From a virus, in IMG/VR virus record IMGVR_UViG_3300032307_000797: 64,000 nt of DNA; one strand, given 5' to 3'. The position numbers were made by a program, and so were the translations under genes. Below the pieces are notes generated by a model that saw nothing but the letters and a program-made list of their open reading frames with translations, was not told where the DNA came from and made no database searches. This document shows, in pieces, positions 31,409 through 42,328 of this stretch. Numbering within the stretch: position 1 is the stretch's first letter; each line of letters starts with the position of its first letter.

Positions 31409-34400
31409 GACATCTTAAAGTATATCACTTCACCTTCGTGAATACCTAACTCTGACATTAATGCCGGTGACATACCCATTCCATATCCATCAACCTTCGG
31501 TCCCACTGAAATCGGTCCCTGTACGGATAATGGTCCAAGATTACTATCTAATTGATAACTAGGACTTAGGGTCAATGTTTTACCGTTCTTTGGGTTTTTA
31601 AATTGAGTGGTTGCAGTTCTAATTTTAGATGCATTGGCTGTACTAAGTTGAAATCTAACATTATAGAACTTCATACTCGAACCACTAACATCTGACCATT
31701 TAATACCTTCTGCAACATTAAATGTGGTCCCACTCTCAATTGGGTATTTTTCTCCGCCCATCTTAACAACAATCGCTCTTAACCAAGTTTCACCATTATT
31801 ATCAATCTTTTGAATGGATGGTTCATTATTATATCCATTATACGGTACCCCAAACTCGGTGATACCAACTTTGGGTGATGATTTAGTAATGTCTTCTCCC
31901 GATACGGTAACCGAACCCATATCCGTCGTATATGATACACCGTTGTAAACCACGGGTTTTTGTGTATCGGTTTTAGTTGATTCTTGTTGTTTCAATATCG
32001 ATTTCGCTTTACTTGTTAACTTATCAAATAAAACTCGATAACTTGCTAAAAACGAATCTTTGGGGTCAGGTAATGAGGTGTATGGTATTCTTGTACCAAC
32101 AAATGTGGTGTTGATAACATTACTCTTAATCGAGTGACTTACCTCTGTAATCCAATAAGTCCCCTTAAACATTGGGATGTTTTTCAAATAGAAATACATT
32201 GTGGGTTGAATCATAACATTACCCATACAAGATACTTCACATCTATATGATGCTTGTTTGTAATAATCGAATAAACTTGTGTCTACGTTATACGCACCTG
32301 CACCAGATTCGGACCTCGCCAAGTTTTCCAATACCACAAATGATTCTGATGTATTCTTTAATGTTGATTGGTCAAGTTGTACTCCTTTAAAGATACCTTG
32401 ATTTTGGTCACCAAAACTTACTTCAAATGCAACAACCTTATTTGATTTACTCAAATCATTCACTGAGAAACCTTCAAGTGACGTAATAACCAGAGGGTTA
32501 TTATTTACACTACCAATATAGAAACTATCATCAGCAAACTTATACTCCTTACTATTTGACATATCAGGACGTTTTGATGAATTACCCACTAACTGAATAA
32601 TAATCTTTGGTGACGATTCTTGGTAATCAACTTCGAGGAATGTTCCAAATAGGTTTTTAGCCACCGTTTTAGATGGTGCAATTTTACTCTTTGTTCTTAG
32701 ATTGGTTCCGTAGAAATTTACATATGCCGGAAGTGCTCTCATATCGAGACCTGTACCCTGTATCAACATAGATATTGCACCGTAAAGATTCTGTTTTGCA
32801 TTTTTTGGATTCAATAATGGTAGAATCTTATCTACGTTTAAATAAAATTTGTCACCAATATCTCGGTTCGCTTTATCTAAGAATAAAAACTCTTCAAGTA
32901 ATAATCGTTGTCCAATAGAATTTCCTGCAGTCCATTTATCATTGAATGACTTTAAGGTATTGTATACTTCCAATTTTGTTTGGTCGGTATTGTAACCTCT
33001 ATAAAGTTTGATTTGTGAACTTTCGTTTTCTTGTTTTACACCTGTTTCTGAACTTATCTTTCTTAGTAGTTGTTCTAAGAAATATTTTAATCTTTGGTCA
33101 GAGCCCGCAGCATAGATTCCATTAGTATTACCTTGGAAAATTGATGTTCTAAGATATTCTCTAAATGCCGCTTTGGTATTTGTACCTCCCGCTTTTCTAT
33201 AACCACCATAAATTTGTGCCATTGGTCGGTATCTAATAATGTTCTCCTCATTAAGTTTAATGTCGTTAATCGAGAAGAAGTTTTGGTAGTAACCGTCGAT
33301 ATCTTCACCAATGTATAATTTAATTAAATCTAAATTAGTTGATGTTACATCCGATACACTAAACGGTAGTTCAGTAAATAATGAAACAGTAGATGGTAAT
33401 CCCATTCCATAGAATGTATATGGGTCAATCTCTTTTGGATTAGCTAAAGTAAATTTAATTAAGTTCTCACTGTTCAAAAGGTTTGATGTAACAACTTCTA
33501 ATTTGGTTGTTTGTCTTGTTTTTAAAGTATTCAATAGTGTATCTGAACCAATAGAATCAGAAGTTTCTTTTCTAACGGTTGAGATATCTTTTAATAAATC
33601 TTGAAACTTCGGATAGTTTACGTTTTTAAATGTTTGATATGGTATTTCGGCATTACCTTTTTCAGATGCAAAGTCCAAGAACATTTCTTCAAATGTTTCC
33701 AATATCTTAGGACTAAATGTTCCAATCAAATCAATTACTTTTCTATAATTTGTATCGATTGAATAAACGTTATCCGTTGTTGAACCCGAAACATAGTTTC
33801 TTGGGTACTCTGTATGTGATGCAAATGTTCTACCAGAAAACTCCGATGTTATACTTTCATCTTTCCATACACTTCTGAAATTATATTGTCTAGCAAAGTC
33901 AATTGTTTCAGTGTTTTTACTAACCAAATCGGAACTATTAAACCCGTTGGATGGTAATAACGTGTAATATAAATCTGTTGGAATGTATTGTGAATTATCT
34001 ACGAATACACTCCAATAGTTATTGTTTTTTACTTCTTTCTTGTGTACAATTTTATTTGATGTTGTTTCACCGCTATATGAAGTATTTCCCGACACAACAG
34101 TATAGTGGTTATATCCATTTACAATTTGATGATATAACGCTTGGTAGAATGGTGCAACACCAATATCAGTTGTATTTGTCACGGTTGATGAACCAATCGT
34201 AAAGTCAGTATATGTTGTTCCAGTAAATCCACCATCAAACAGGGTTGAACCTGTAATTGGTTGGGTAATATTGGTCGCGTCTAAGAATCCATCAAGAATA
34301 TCATCGCCTGTTGTTATCTGTTTTTTATAACGATGATAGATTGCTCCCCATTTTAACATAAGGTGATATGGAAGGAAATGTGTGGATGAAATCTCTCTAA

Positions 34401-37188
34401 ATAAAGAAGACATCAAGATTGATTTACCATCAAATGTGATGGTATCCTCCAAATCTAAAAATGGTAGAGATGTCAATAACAAGTATGATGAACCGACATA
34501 TTTTCCATAGATTGAATTATTGTGAAAATCACTATATAATTGTTTATGGAAATATGGGGTATTAAGAATACTGTTTAAGTTATTACCAACTTTAAAGTTT
34601 TGAGTGAACATATTTGTTTCATACCCTTGTTTTACCCATGATGTTGGTTTAACAGGTGAACACACAAACCCTTGATTTGGATTGATTGATAACACTCCAT
34701 TGAATTTGAAATTATCATCCGAAAAAGATGAAACATCCAAGTAATCCAAGTATAAATCAGAGTTAAATGGATATATGTTTTTTCTATATGGTTCAGGTAC
34801 GAACTTAACTAATTCCGCATTCAATTCGTCTTTTTTAAACGATTTGGATGTCCTTGATACATCAACGTACTTTTCTAACTTGAATGGGTATTCAATTATC
34901 TCTTTTAAATAAGGTACTGTAGGTAAGTTATCTCTGAAATATGGGAATCTTTCATATGGTGATGCACTTGGTATGTATCCGTCAAAAACGGTAGCAATCA
35001 TTGGTTTACCATATGAATCCAATTGTGGAGTTCCGTCAGGTTTTGTAACCGGCGATGATGTTTTAAAACTAATTAAATCATCAACAGTTTTTAATTTTTT
35101 ACAAAGACTTGTAAGGTCAATATCCTGATTAATTGATTCTGCAACATTTTCAAACTCCTCATCAATAAGATAATTTAAAAATGAATTACTATACGAATCG
35201 AATAGTGTTATGAACTTCGCTCTTTCATATAACTCATAAACAAATGATGAGAATATCTTATCTTGATACGGTATCTGTTCATTTATAACATCAATACCAC
35301 TTATATCATCAATTTTACTCTTATCGAAATCAGTTTCAAAAATATATTCGATGTCACTTACTGTAGGTTCAGACGATACATTAGTTTCTTTTTTATTCGT
35401 CACAATCTGAATATATTCTTCAACAAAGTCAACTTCGGGCCAAAGGTTCTTATCGTTTGATTTTAATTTATTAACTAAATCTATATCACCCGGATAAGCA
35501 ATCACATTTTGTTTACCTCCTGCGGTCGGTTTCTTAACTTCCGGCCACGGATAAATTGGTTGACCTTTTCCTTTTTGTTCGTCAGTTAAACCTGCAAGAA
35601 GTGATGACCTCGCTTGTGCCGCATCAAATGCTTTATCGTGTACATCCTTCATTAATCTGATATACACCTCGGCATTCGCTAATAGAACCGCAAATATGTT
35701 TCTTATTGTTGGTTCAAATCCAAAACCTTTAGAAGGGTCTTTGATGATTTCATTCATCTTCTTTTCCACCTCATCCTCAAGTTTCTTTCTTTGTTCCTCA
35801 AATGTTCTTCTAATTTCGTAGATGTCATTAATTAAGTTATCAATACCAACAAGAACTTTCTTCTCACCATTAATTTCGTAGTAATCTTTAACCGCTTTAA
35901 CACTTTTTAAAGATATCTTTTTGAAATCGGCAGTGGTTTTGTTCATGAAACCATTTGTATATGTCAATGAGGTATTAATCTGACTTCTTCCATTTTCAAT
36001 AAGTTTCTCAAGGGTACCGTTCTTATCTTTATTAATAATCTTATCTGTCGTGGTTTTATCATTACCTAACAAGTAATACCAATTTTCTGTACTTGTGGTA
36101 TTAGTACCTGTTGTTTTTGTTTTAGTAATGTAATCTTTAGATATGTTTGTTTTTGCCCATGCTTTGATTGAATTCTCAAAGTTATCTAATGACTTCTCAA
36201 TATCTTTTACACCTGAAAAGACCTCCATGGAGACCACACTATTAAAGATTTGTTTCTCTAATATTTTATCAAGTGATTCCGCTAAGTAACCTAACTCTTT
36301 TAAGGTTCTCACCGGCATGTCCTGAGGTATTAATCCTTTTTGTTTGTATTGAGAATAAATTGAACTTAGAATTGCATATCCTCTTGAACCTCGTGAAACA
36401 TTTTTTTCATATCTACCGGTTGATTCGTTAAACTTTTTGTTTTCAACTTTTTCAGTTAAGAACATATATGGAGAATTGATAATCCCCGATAGTGGTACAT
36501 CATTTAAATAAGCATATGTTGAACCAACAAATGTGGTACTAACTTCAAAATTTCCATTTGAATCATTAAATCTTGAACTGAATTTTGTCATATGTAAACG
36601 ATATCTAATCGCTTTACCATAATAACCTTTAACTGTTAAGTAAAATATTGGCCACGGAATATGAAAGAATGCTCGGTAAGGTGAGTTTTCAGATGCCTCA
36701 AATAAAACCTTACCTCGTATATCAACAAAATTAATCGAAACTTGGGGGGTAAAGTTTGCACCCTTAACCGTAATGTTAATAGAATCAATTCCAAAGTTTT
36801 GACCTGTGGGGTCAGTAAATGCAGTTGGTCCGAAAGTTAAGTCGTTACCATTTCTATAATTCGACTCGGCACCCTCAATTGGTTTGGGTACAAATGATTC
36901 TGTCCATGTTGAATCAAAATTACCGTCACCACTTTGATTTCTTAGAAAATTCAAATTTCCTTTTGCGATACTAACTAAGGTACTACCTTGTGATTCGGCA
37001 ACAAGTCGACTTCTTGGAATTAAATCGGCTTCCAAGTTTGCATACATGACCAAATTTTCTTGTTTTAACCCTCTTGGTTGAATATTACCATCAGCATCTA
37101 CGACACTATTTGGGTCAACATAAATAAGATTGTTTTGGTCAACTTTTACAAGTATGTTTTCACTATTTGATAAATCACTGTTCCCCAT
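31405..37188 (-). CDS. Large baseplate hub protein (gp27/late-control-D-like)
   Basis: 1927 aa; CEVSCMGNVMIQPTMYFYL...GTYWITEVSHSI...TTFVG resembles hub C-terminal strands; follows the gp53-like gene. Confidence 0.65.
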   Translation of the reverse strand: MGNSDLSNSENILVKVDQNNLIYVDPNSVVDADGNIQPRGLKQENLVMYANLEADLIPRSRLVAESQGSTLVSIAKGNLNFLRNQSGDGNFDSTWTESFVPKPIEGAESNYRNGNDLTFGPTAFTDPTGQNFGIDSINITVKGANFTPQVSINFVDIRGKVLFEASENSPYRAFFHIPWPIFYLTVKGYYGKAIRYRLHMTKFSSRFNDSNGNFEVSTTFVGSTYAYLNDVPLSGIINSPYMFLTEKVENKKFNESTGRYEKNVSRGSRGYAILSSIYSQYKQKGLIPQDMPVRTLKELGYLAESLDKILEKQIFNSVVSMEVFSGVKDIEKSLDNFENSIKAWAKTNISKDYITKTKTTGTNTTSTENWYYLLGNDKTTTDKIINKDKNGTLEKLIENGRSQINTSLTYTNGFMNKTTADFKKISLKSVKAVKDYYEINGEKKVLVGIDNLINDIYEIRRTFEEQRKKLEDEVEKKMNEIIKDPSKGFGFEPTIRNIFAVLLANAEVYIRLMKDVHDKAFDAAQARSSLLAGLTDEQKGKGQPIYPWPEVKKPTAGGKQNVIAYPGDIDLVNKLKSNDKNLWPEVDFVEEYIQIVTNKKETNVSSEPTVSDIEYIFETDFDKSKIDDISGIDVINEQIPYQDKIFSSFVYELYERAKFITLFDSYSNSFLNYLIDEEFENVAESINQDIDLTSLCKKLKTVDDLISFKTSSPVTKPDGTPQLDSYGKPMIATVFDGYIPSASPYERFPYFRDNLPTVPYLKEIIEYPFKLEKYVDVSRTSKSFKKDELNAELVKFVPEPYRKNIYPFNSDLYLDYLDVSSFSDDNFKFNGVLSINPNQGFVCSPVKPTSWVKQGYETNMFTQNFKVGNNLNSILNTPYFHKQLYSDFHNNSIYGKYVGSSYLLLTSLPFLDLEDTITFDGKSILMSSLFREISSTHFLPYHLMLKWGAIYHRYKKQITTGDDILDGFLDATNITQPITGSTLFDGGFTGTTYTDFTIGSSTVTNTTDIGVAPFYQALYHQIVNGYNHYTVVSGNTSYSGETTSNKIVHKKEVKNNNYWSVFVDNSQYIPTDLYYTLLPSNGFNSSDLVSKNTETIDFARQYNFRSVWKDESITSEFSGRTFASHTEYPRNYVSGSTTDNVYSIDTNYRKVIDLIGTFSPKILETFEEMFLDFASEKGNAEIPYQTFKNVNYPKFQDLLKDISTVRKETSDSIGSDTLLNTLKTRQTTKLEVVTSNLLNSENLIKFTLANPKEIDPYTFYGMGLPSTVSLFTELPFSVSDVTSTNLDLIKLYIGEDIDGYYQNFFSINDIKLNEENIIRYRPMAQIYGGYRKAGGTNTKAAFREYLRTSIFQGNTNGIYAAGSDQRLKYFLEQLLRKISSETGVKQENESSQIKLYRGYNTDQTKLEVYNTLKSFNDKWTAGNSIGQRLLLEEFLFLDKANRDIGDKFYLNVDKILPLLNPKNAKQNLYGAISMLIQGTGLDMRALPAYVNFYGTNLRTKSKIAPSKTVAKNLFGTFLEVDYQESSPKIIIQLVGNSSKRPDMSNSKEYKFADDSFYIGSVNNNPLVITSLEGFSVNDLSKSNKVVAFEVSFGDQNQGIFKGVQLDQSTLKNTSESFVVLENLARSESGAGAYNVDTSLFDYYKQASYRCEVSCMGNVMIQPTMYFYLKNIPMFKGTYWITEVSHSIKSNVINTTFVGTRIPYTSLPDPKDSFLASYRVLFDKLTSKAKSILKQQESTKTDTQKPVVYNGVSYTTDMGSVTVSGEDITKSSPKVGITEFGVPYNGYNNEPSIQKIDNNGETWLRAIVVKMGGEKYPIESGTTFNVAEGIKWSDVSGSSMKFYNVRFQLSTANASKIRTATTQFKNPKNGKTLTLSPSYQLDSNLGPLSVQGPISVGPKVDGYGMGMSPALMSELGIHEGEVIYFKMS

Positions 37189-37501
37189 AATATAAGTTAT
37201 ACAATTCTACGCCTCTTTTATAATCTTGTAAAGAGGTAGTCAAAGGAAATGGTATTCTTAATAAAGAATTATTTGGTATGGTAAATTCAAGACTTCCAAC
37301 CAAAGGATTAGCCATTAGAATTAACCACCCATAAACAGGACTTCCATAATACTCTTGTGATAATTTATCCAATCTATCCTTACCTCTTTTATAAAACACA
37401 TATTTGTCGGTTGTTTTGATTGGGATTTCAATACCCGGTACAATTCTAAAATCACCGTCTTCCACAAAAAATTGGTATCTGTCAAAATATTCTCTTGCCA
37501 T
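37175..37501 (-). CDS. Baseplate protein, T4 gp53 / P2 gpX (LysM-like)
   Basis: DRLDKLSQEYYGSPVYGWLILMANP...LLRIP. Confidence 0.85.
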   Translation of the reverse strand: MAREYFDRYQFFVEDGDFRIVPGIEIPIKTTDKYVFYKRGKDRLDKLSQEYYGSPVYGWLILMANPLVGSLEFTIPNNSLLRIPFPLTTSLQDYKRGVELYNLYYGEQ

Positions 37502-40500
37502 TATTTCTTAGTTTTATAATAATTCAATTTATTACCAAGTGGTAGGTTATCCGAATGTACTTTTTTCGCTTCATCAATTACACTTGTATTTGTTTCGGCA
37601 GCTTCGGTTATTGTAAACGTAATATCCTTTTTGTTTTTTCTTTCCTTAAACTTACTAAACTTAAAGTTTTTCTCTTTAGGAATTTCAACAAATTTTTCAA
37701 TCTGTTTTCTAATTTTATTTCTAACGTTTTCAGGGAAAACGATTGTATCTTTTTCGTATTCTTTAACGATTGCATCTACATTATCCGCCAACATTACTTT
37801 CATAATGTTCTCAAAATCAACTGAAGAAATTACAGGATTTTGGAAGTTAATTGATGTCGTTAAATCGTCATACATTTTTGATGTATTCTTTTCAATATAA
37901 TCAATACATGAAGAATATGGGTCATACAATAAATCATAAGTGAATCCCGATAAAGTTGCCGATGTTGCAGTTTCTCCTGAAATCTTAGTATCCTTACCGA
38001 ATTTTACCACAAAATTTACCTTATCCAAGGACGTAACCAAAGTGTTCCTTGTTTTCTCCAAATCTTCAAATGGATTTTTATCGGTCAATTGATTTATCTT
38101 ATCCTCGACATATTTTTTCAATAATGGTTTTATCAACTCATTTGATTTTGTCAATTTCGGTGGAGTTAACTCTTTATCTAAATTCATCATCGTAGATAAA
38201 TCTGTACTTTCGAGTTGAGTTACCAATCCACTTAATAAACCTCTTTTGAGAACCGATAATTCTTTCGCCTTCGGGTATTCTCCAAATATTGAAATTGTTT
38301 TACCCGGTGTTGTACTTGTTGTAGTATAAACATCGTATTGGTGTACACTTCTATATGTTGGGTCAAATAACATTTTACCTATCTCAGTACCGTATTTTGG
38401 TATGATATCATTGTATGTTTTTTCATACGAATCAAAGTATGATTTAGTGTTAGTGAATACTTCATCAACCAATGGTGAATATTGTAATGCGGTTGACCCA
38501 CTTAACGTTCCAATGTAAACACCCTCACTTACTTTATTTGTGTTTTGTGATTCAGGTGCTTGTGGTGGTTTAGCAGATGCCGTTAATAGTTCCTCAAGGA
38601 ATTTCTTTGTAAACTCCTCAGCTTTAACTCCACCAATTGTTTCATTAGTAGGTATTGACCTTTCATCATACATTTCGGTATTTGCGAAGAAGTTTGATGA
38701 CAATGCATTTTGTAATCTTTCCACCGGTTTTGATAAACCTTGACCACCAATAAATGCAATTTGACACGTCACATTCGCAATCATAGGTTGTACACCAATT
38801 CCTTCGGGGTTTAAATCCCATGGTGAATCATCATATGTAATGTTCACATCTCTAATAATAACTTTAGAGTGGTAGAAGTCACCAATTCTTAATACACATA
38901 CAGGTGGAGGACCAAATGATGTGTTTCGTGCATTTAAATCCGAATCATCCGCAATTCCTTTAATTGGTATAGTATCACCGGGTCTTACACATTGTAACAT
39001 GAACGTTAAACGAGAGTTTAATCCTTCAGGTGTTGTAGAGTGGAAACCCGGATGGAAATACTTTAATTTTTCTTTTAATGATTTAAATGCCACAGGAGAA
39101 TCTTCTTCAAGTTTCTTGAAGTAATAACACTCCGAAAGTGTTTTCATTATGATTCTCTTTAATGGGTCAATCGCCAATTTTTTAGTTGGTGATGGTACAA
39201 TAATATTTTCACCCGGAACAATTTTTGTAACAGGTGTTGGGGTTGGGGTTGGTTTCTTTGGTTCAGGTATGTCAACATAATCAAACTTAACGGTCGATTG
39301 ACGACAGAAAAATGCGATTGGTGCATTGATTTTTAAACCTTTAATTGTAACAAATTCTTTACCCTTACAATAGTTATCTAAATTCGGATTTGTTCCTGTG
39401 AAATTTTCACCATAATTTACCGTTTCGAATACGATTGAACCCGGATTATCTTTATATCCAAACTCACTTAATTTAAATTCTCTTTTGATTAATATTGGTT
39501 GACCCCTTTGAATTATAACTTTGTTATTTGAATTTTCTGGGTCAGTTTTTGTTTCAGAAGAGTTAATGGTTGTTACCCATCTTGTCTTTAAGTCAGGTTT
39601 ACTACCATTAGCAATTTTATCAAAGAAATCATTTATAATACTTGAGCTTCTTCTTAACGCTAATTTTTCATTATATAGTTCAGATGCCACTGATGAACAC
39701 GACGATTCGATACTCACATAAATCTTTTGTACGGTATTACCGCTAATTTTTTGTTTTAGTGTCGTAATCTCATTTGAATATTTTGTGTAATCGGTGTTTG
39801 CCGCCTCAAAATATCCCTCTAATTTGGTTTTTTGTTCTAAAATAGATGCATCACTAATCGTTGCACCACTATCACCAAAAATATAACTTTTTTCTTTTTT
39901 AATTTGTGCGGTTAATGTTTGACCCGTAATACTTCTTAAATCACTATCCAATCCATTAGCATGTGTTGTTTTCTTCGCTGGATAGAAACTATTAAATAAA
40001 GTTCCATATGGAGTACTAACATACAATGATTGTAAGTTCGGTCCCGGGTAATCGTTGTCATACTTTAAAACGAAAGGTCCTAATGTTTGTTTTTTACCAC
40101 CGTTACCTCCATTAGCACCACCACCATCACCACCGGTTTCAGGAATCTCTACCGGTTCAACAATTGTTTTATATGTTTTAATTACTTCAGGGTCCTTAGC
40201 TTTCTCGAGATACGATTGTATTAATTTAATATCATCTGAATCTAAGTATGTGTATCTTCTAATAAGTGAATAGAAATCAAGGTCTTGACAACCTGCAAAG
40301 AATGCGTTGATATAATTCTCAGCTTCTTCATCACTCATATTTCTAAAGTGTTCTCTAACCAATAGATTTAAAACACTTGGGTGGTCAACGACCACTTTAA
40401 ATGATAATGTTCCTGTTCTTGAAGTATCCTGATATGTGTAGATTGGTTCGGGTCTTCCTAAGAAAGTATTATCGGACCAACGAGCCGAGTTCTGTTCACT

Positions 40501-42285
40501 AATTTTTAAATCGTATGGTGGGAACCACATAACACGTCCACCATTATTACCTCTTTCACAATATGGTAAATCATTATATGTAAAACCTGGTGTATTAGAT
40601 GTTTTCCAAGCCAAGTTCTCGATTGAGAACATGTATTTTTTAGCGTAGAATCCATCGCCCTTTTTGAATATGTTGGTTGAGAAGCCTTCGAATTCTCTAT
40701 CACCATTTGACATTGGTGCAATGTTCAAGTTCCATGGAGTTGACATTACACTATCATCGAATTTTCTGATATTACCAGTTCTTTTCATGGTATCAGAATA
40801 ATTCATATAACCTCTATCTTTCGTCCAAACTCTACAATACTCGACACCTGTTGTTTCATTTGTATATTGGTCAACGTATTGTATTGCAGAACCTCTCGAT
40901 AACATTTCGTTACCTTCTTTGAACACTCTACTTGTTTGGTCAATTACATTACCAACGTGAGTTCTTGCTGCTAAACCATCTTTTGGCATAGAATCAAGAA
41001 TCTCTTGGGTTTTACCCATTATAGAATCTTCTCTAAATCCATATTTGGTTGACAATGAATCGTTAAGTTGTGTCGATTCTTGGGCCCACTCTTTATTATG
41101 TAAACCTAATTCATTTCTTGAATTGGTACTTATCCATGTTAACTTACCTCCGATTTGTCCACCTTCGGTAATGTTTCTTCTTTTTTCAAATAACTCCGCA
41201 GAAACGGGGTCGAACATCAAACTCAAATAGTAACTACTCTTAACAGTATTACCATTAAAATCTGACATTGTATATTTTACATCCTCACTTCTATCGTCAC
41301 CAATGTACGCTTCTCCTCTTGGCGCTTCTAAACCTAATATTGATTTTACACCTTGAGCAACACTATTAACAAAGTTGAAAAGTTTTGATGATTGTTGAGA
41401 CCTTGCGGTTGTTGTGTAGTTTGGTGCGTATTTTGAATATGAAAGGTTATCGTACAGAAGTTGTTTTTGGCCTTCACCCATGTATTCAATCATTAAGTCC
41501 GATGGTTTTCTTGAAAGTTTTGGTCTTCTTTGAATACCAACTAATGAACCCAAGGCACCCGTAATATCTTGTAGAATTGCACCTGCTTCAGTTTTAGGTG
41601 TAGGTCGATTCTCAATTGGGTTTTGTGGATTACTTAAATAATCTCCCGGTATTTCACTAAATGGAAATTCAACACCCGCAACAGTTTGTAAGAAGTCAAC
41701 CGCCTTTCCTGCCAATGTTTTGGCAACGGTAATCTTATAATTCTTTTCAATTAATGGTTCTCTACCTGTAACAATATTAACTGCGGTAGATAAGTTACCA
41801 TTTAATGCATCCGCCAATCTGATTCTACCTAATGTTGCCGCGGTTAAATTTTGTGTTATTCTAGCAAGAACAGGACCCTGTTTGTTTTCACGGATATTCT
41901 GTGCCGCAAATCTCATCAATCTCGAATCATTATCGAAATTGTCACCTGTCATAATACCAATTAACCCTGTAGAAACAGGTTGAAATGAATTGATATAACC
42001 AGAATAAACAACACCGTTGTTTCCTATCTGTAAATTATAATTTGATAGAAATTCATATTCTCTAAATGAATCAGGTTGGAATAAGTTTAATCCGAAACTA
42101 CCTCCGTATGAGGATGCCCATGTTGTTTTAACATCACCCGGGTCAACATTAGAAAAATTACTTAAATTTTGAACCGCATAGTTAGTACTTGTAAACGTTT
42201 GTGGACCAAACGGTCTCTGTAGGGTCTTTGATATTAAAAAGTCCCTAAAAGTCGCGGTTGTATTAAAATCTAAATAAGTTGGCAT
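37501..42285 (-). CDS. Tail-tube initiator-like baseplate protein with inserted OmpA-like domain
   Basis: 1594 aa; GRPEPIYTYQDTSRTGTLSFKV and PPVCVLRIGDFY...PMIANVT halves of a tube-fold domain; lies between tape measure and gp53-like genes. Confidence 0.65.
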   Translation of the reverse strand: MPTYLDFNTTATFRDFLISKTLQRPFGPQTFTSTNYAVQNLSNFSNVDPGDVKTTWASSYGGSFGLNLFQPDSFREYEFLSNYNLQIGNNGVVYSGYINSFQPVSTGLIGIMTGDNFDNDSRLMRFAAQNIRENKQGPVLARITQNLTAATLGRIRLADALNGNLSTAVNIVTGREPLIEKNYKITVAKTLAGKAVDFLQTVAGVEFPFSEIPGDYLSNPQNPIENRPTPKTEAGAILQDITGALGSLVGIQRRPKLSRKPSDLMIEYMGEGQKQLLYDNLSYSKYAPNYTTTARSQQSSKLFNFVNSVAQGVKSILGLEAPRGEAYIGDDRSEDVKYTMSDFNGNTVKSSYYLSLMFDPVSAELFEKRRNITEGGQIGGKLTWISTNSRNELGLHNKEWAQESTQLNDSLSTKYGFREDSIMGKTQEILDSMPKDGLAARTHVGNVIDQTSRVFKEGNEMLSRGSAIQYVDQYTNETTGVEYCRVWTKDRGYMNYSDTMKRTGNIRKFDDSVMSTPWNLNIAPMSNGDREFEGFSTNIFKKGDGFYAKKYMFSIENLAWKTSNTPGFTYNDLPYCERGNNGGRVMWFPPYDLKISEQNSARWSDNTFLGRPEPIYTYQDTSRTGTLSFKVVVDHPSVLNLLVREHFRNMSDEEAENYINAFFAGCQDLDFYSLIRRYTYLDSDDIKLIQSYLEKAKDPEVIKTYKTIVEPVEIPETGGDGGGANGGNGGKKQTLGPFVLKYDNDYPGPNLQSLYVSTPYGTLFNSFYPAKKTTHANGLDSDLRSITGQTLTAQIKKEKSYIFGDSGATISDASILEQKTKLEGYFEAANTDYTKYSNEITTLKQKISGNTVQKIYVSIESSCSSVASELYNEKLALRRSSSIINDFFDKIANGSKPDLKTRWVTTINSSETKTDPENSNNKVIIQRGQPILIKREFKLSEFGYKDNPGSIVFETVNYGENFTGTNPNLDNYCKGKEFVTIKGLKINAPIAFFCRQSTVKFDYVDIPEPKKPTPTPTPVTKIVPGENIIVPSPTKKLAIDPLKRIIMKTLSECYYFKKLEEDSPVAFKSLKEKLKYFHPGFHSTTPEGLNSRLTFMLQCVRPGDTIPIKGIADDSDLNARNTSFGPPPVCVLRIGDFYHSKVIIRDVNITYDDSPWDLNPEGIGVQPMIANVTCQIAFIGGQGLSKPVERLQNALSSNFFANTEMYDERSIPTNETIGGVKAEEFTKKFLEELLTASAKPPQAPESQNTNKVSEGVYIGTLSGSTALQYSPLVDEVFTNTKSYFDSYEKTYNDIIPKYGTEIGKMLFDPTYRSVHQYDVYTTTSTTPGKTISIFGEYPKAKELSVLKRGLLSGLVTQLESTDLSTMMNLDKELTPPKLTKSNELIKPLLKKYVEDKINQLTDKNPFEDLEKTRNTLVTSLDKVNFVVKFGKDTKISGETATSATLSGFTYDLLYDPYSSCIDYIEKNTSKMYDDLTTSINFQNPVISSVDFENIMKVMLADNVDAIVKEYEKDTIVFPENVRNKIRKQIEKFVEIPKEKNFKFSKFKERKNKKDITFTITEAAETNTSVIDEAKKVHSDNLPLGNKLNYYKTKK

Positions 42286-42328
42286 CTATGTTTTTACTAT
42301 ATAAATAGAATTTTATTTGTTTTCCTTA

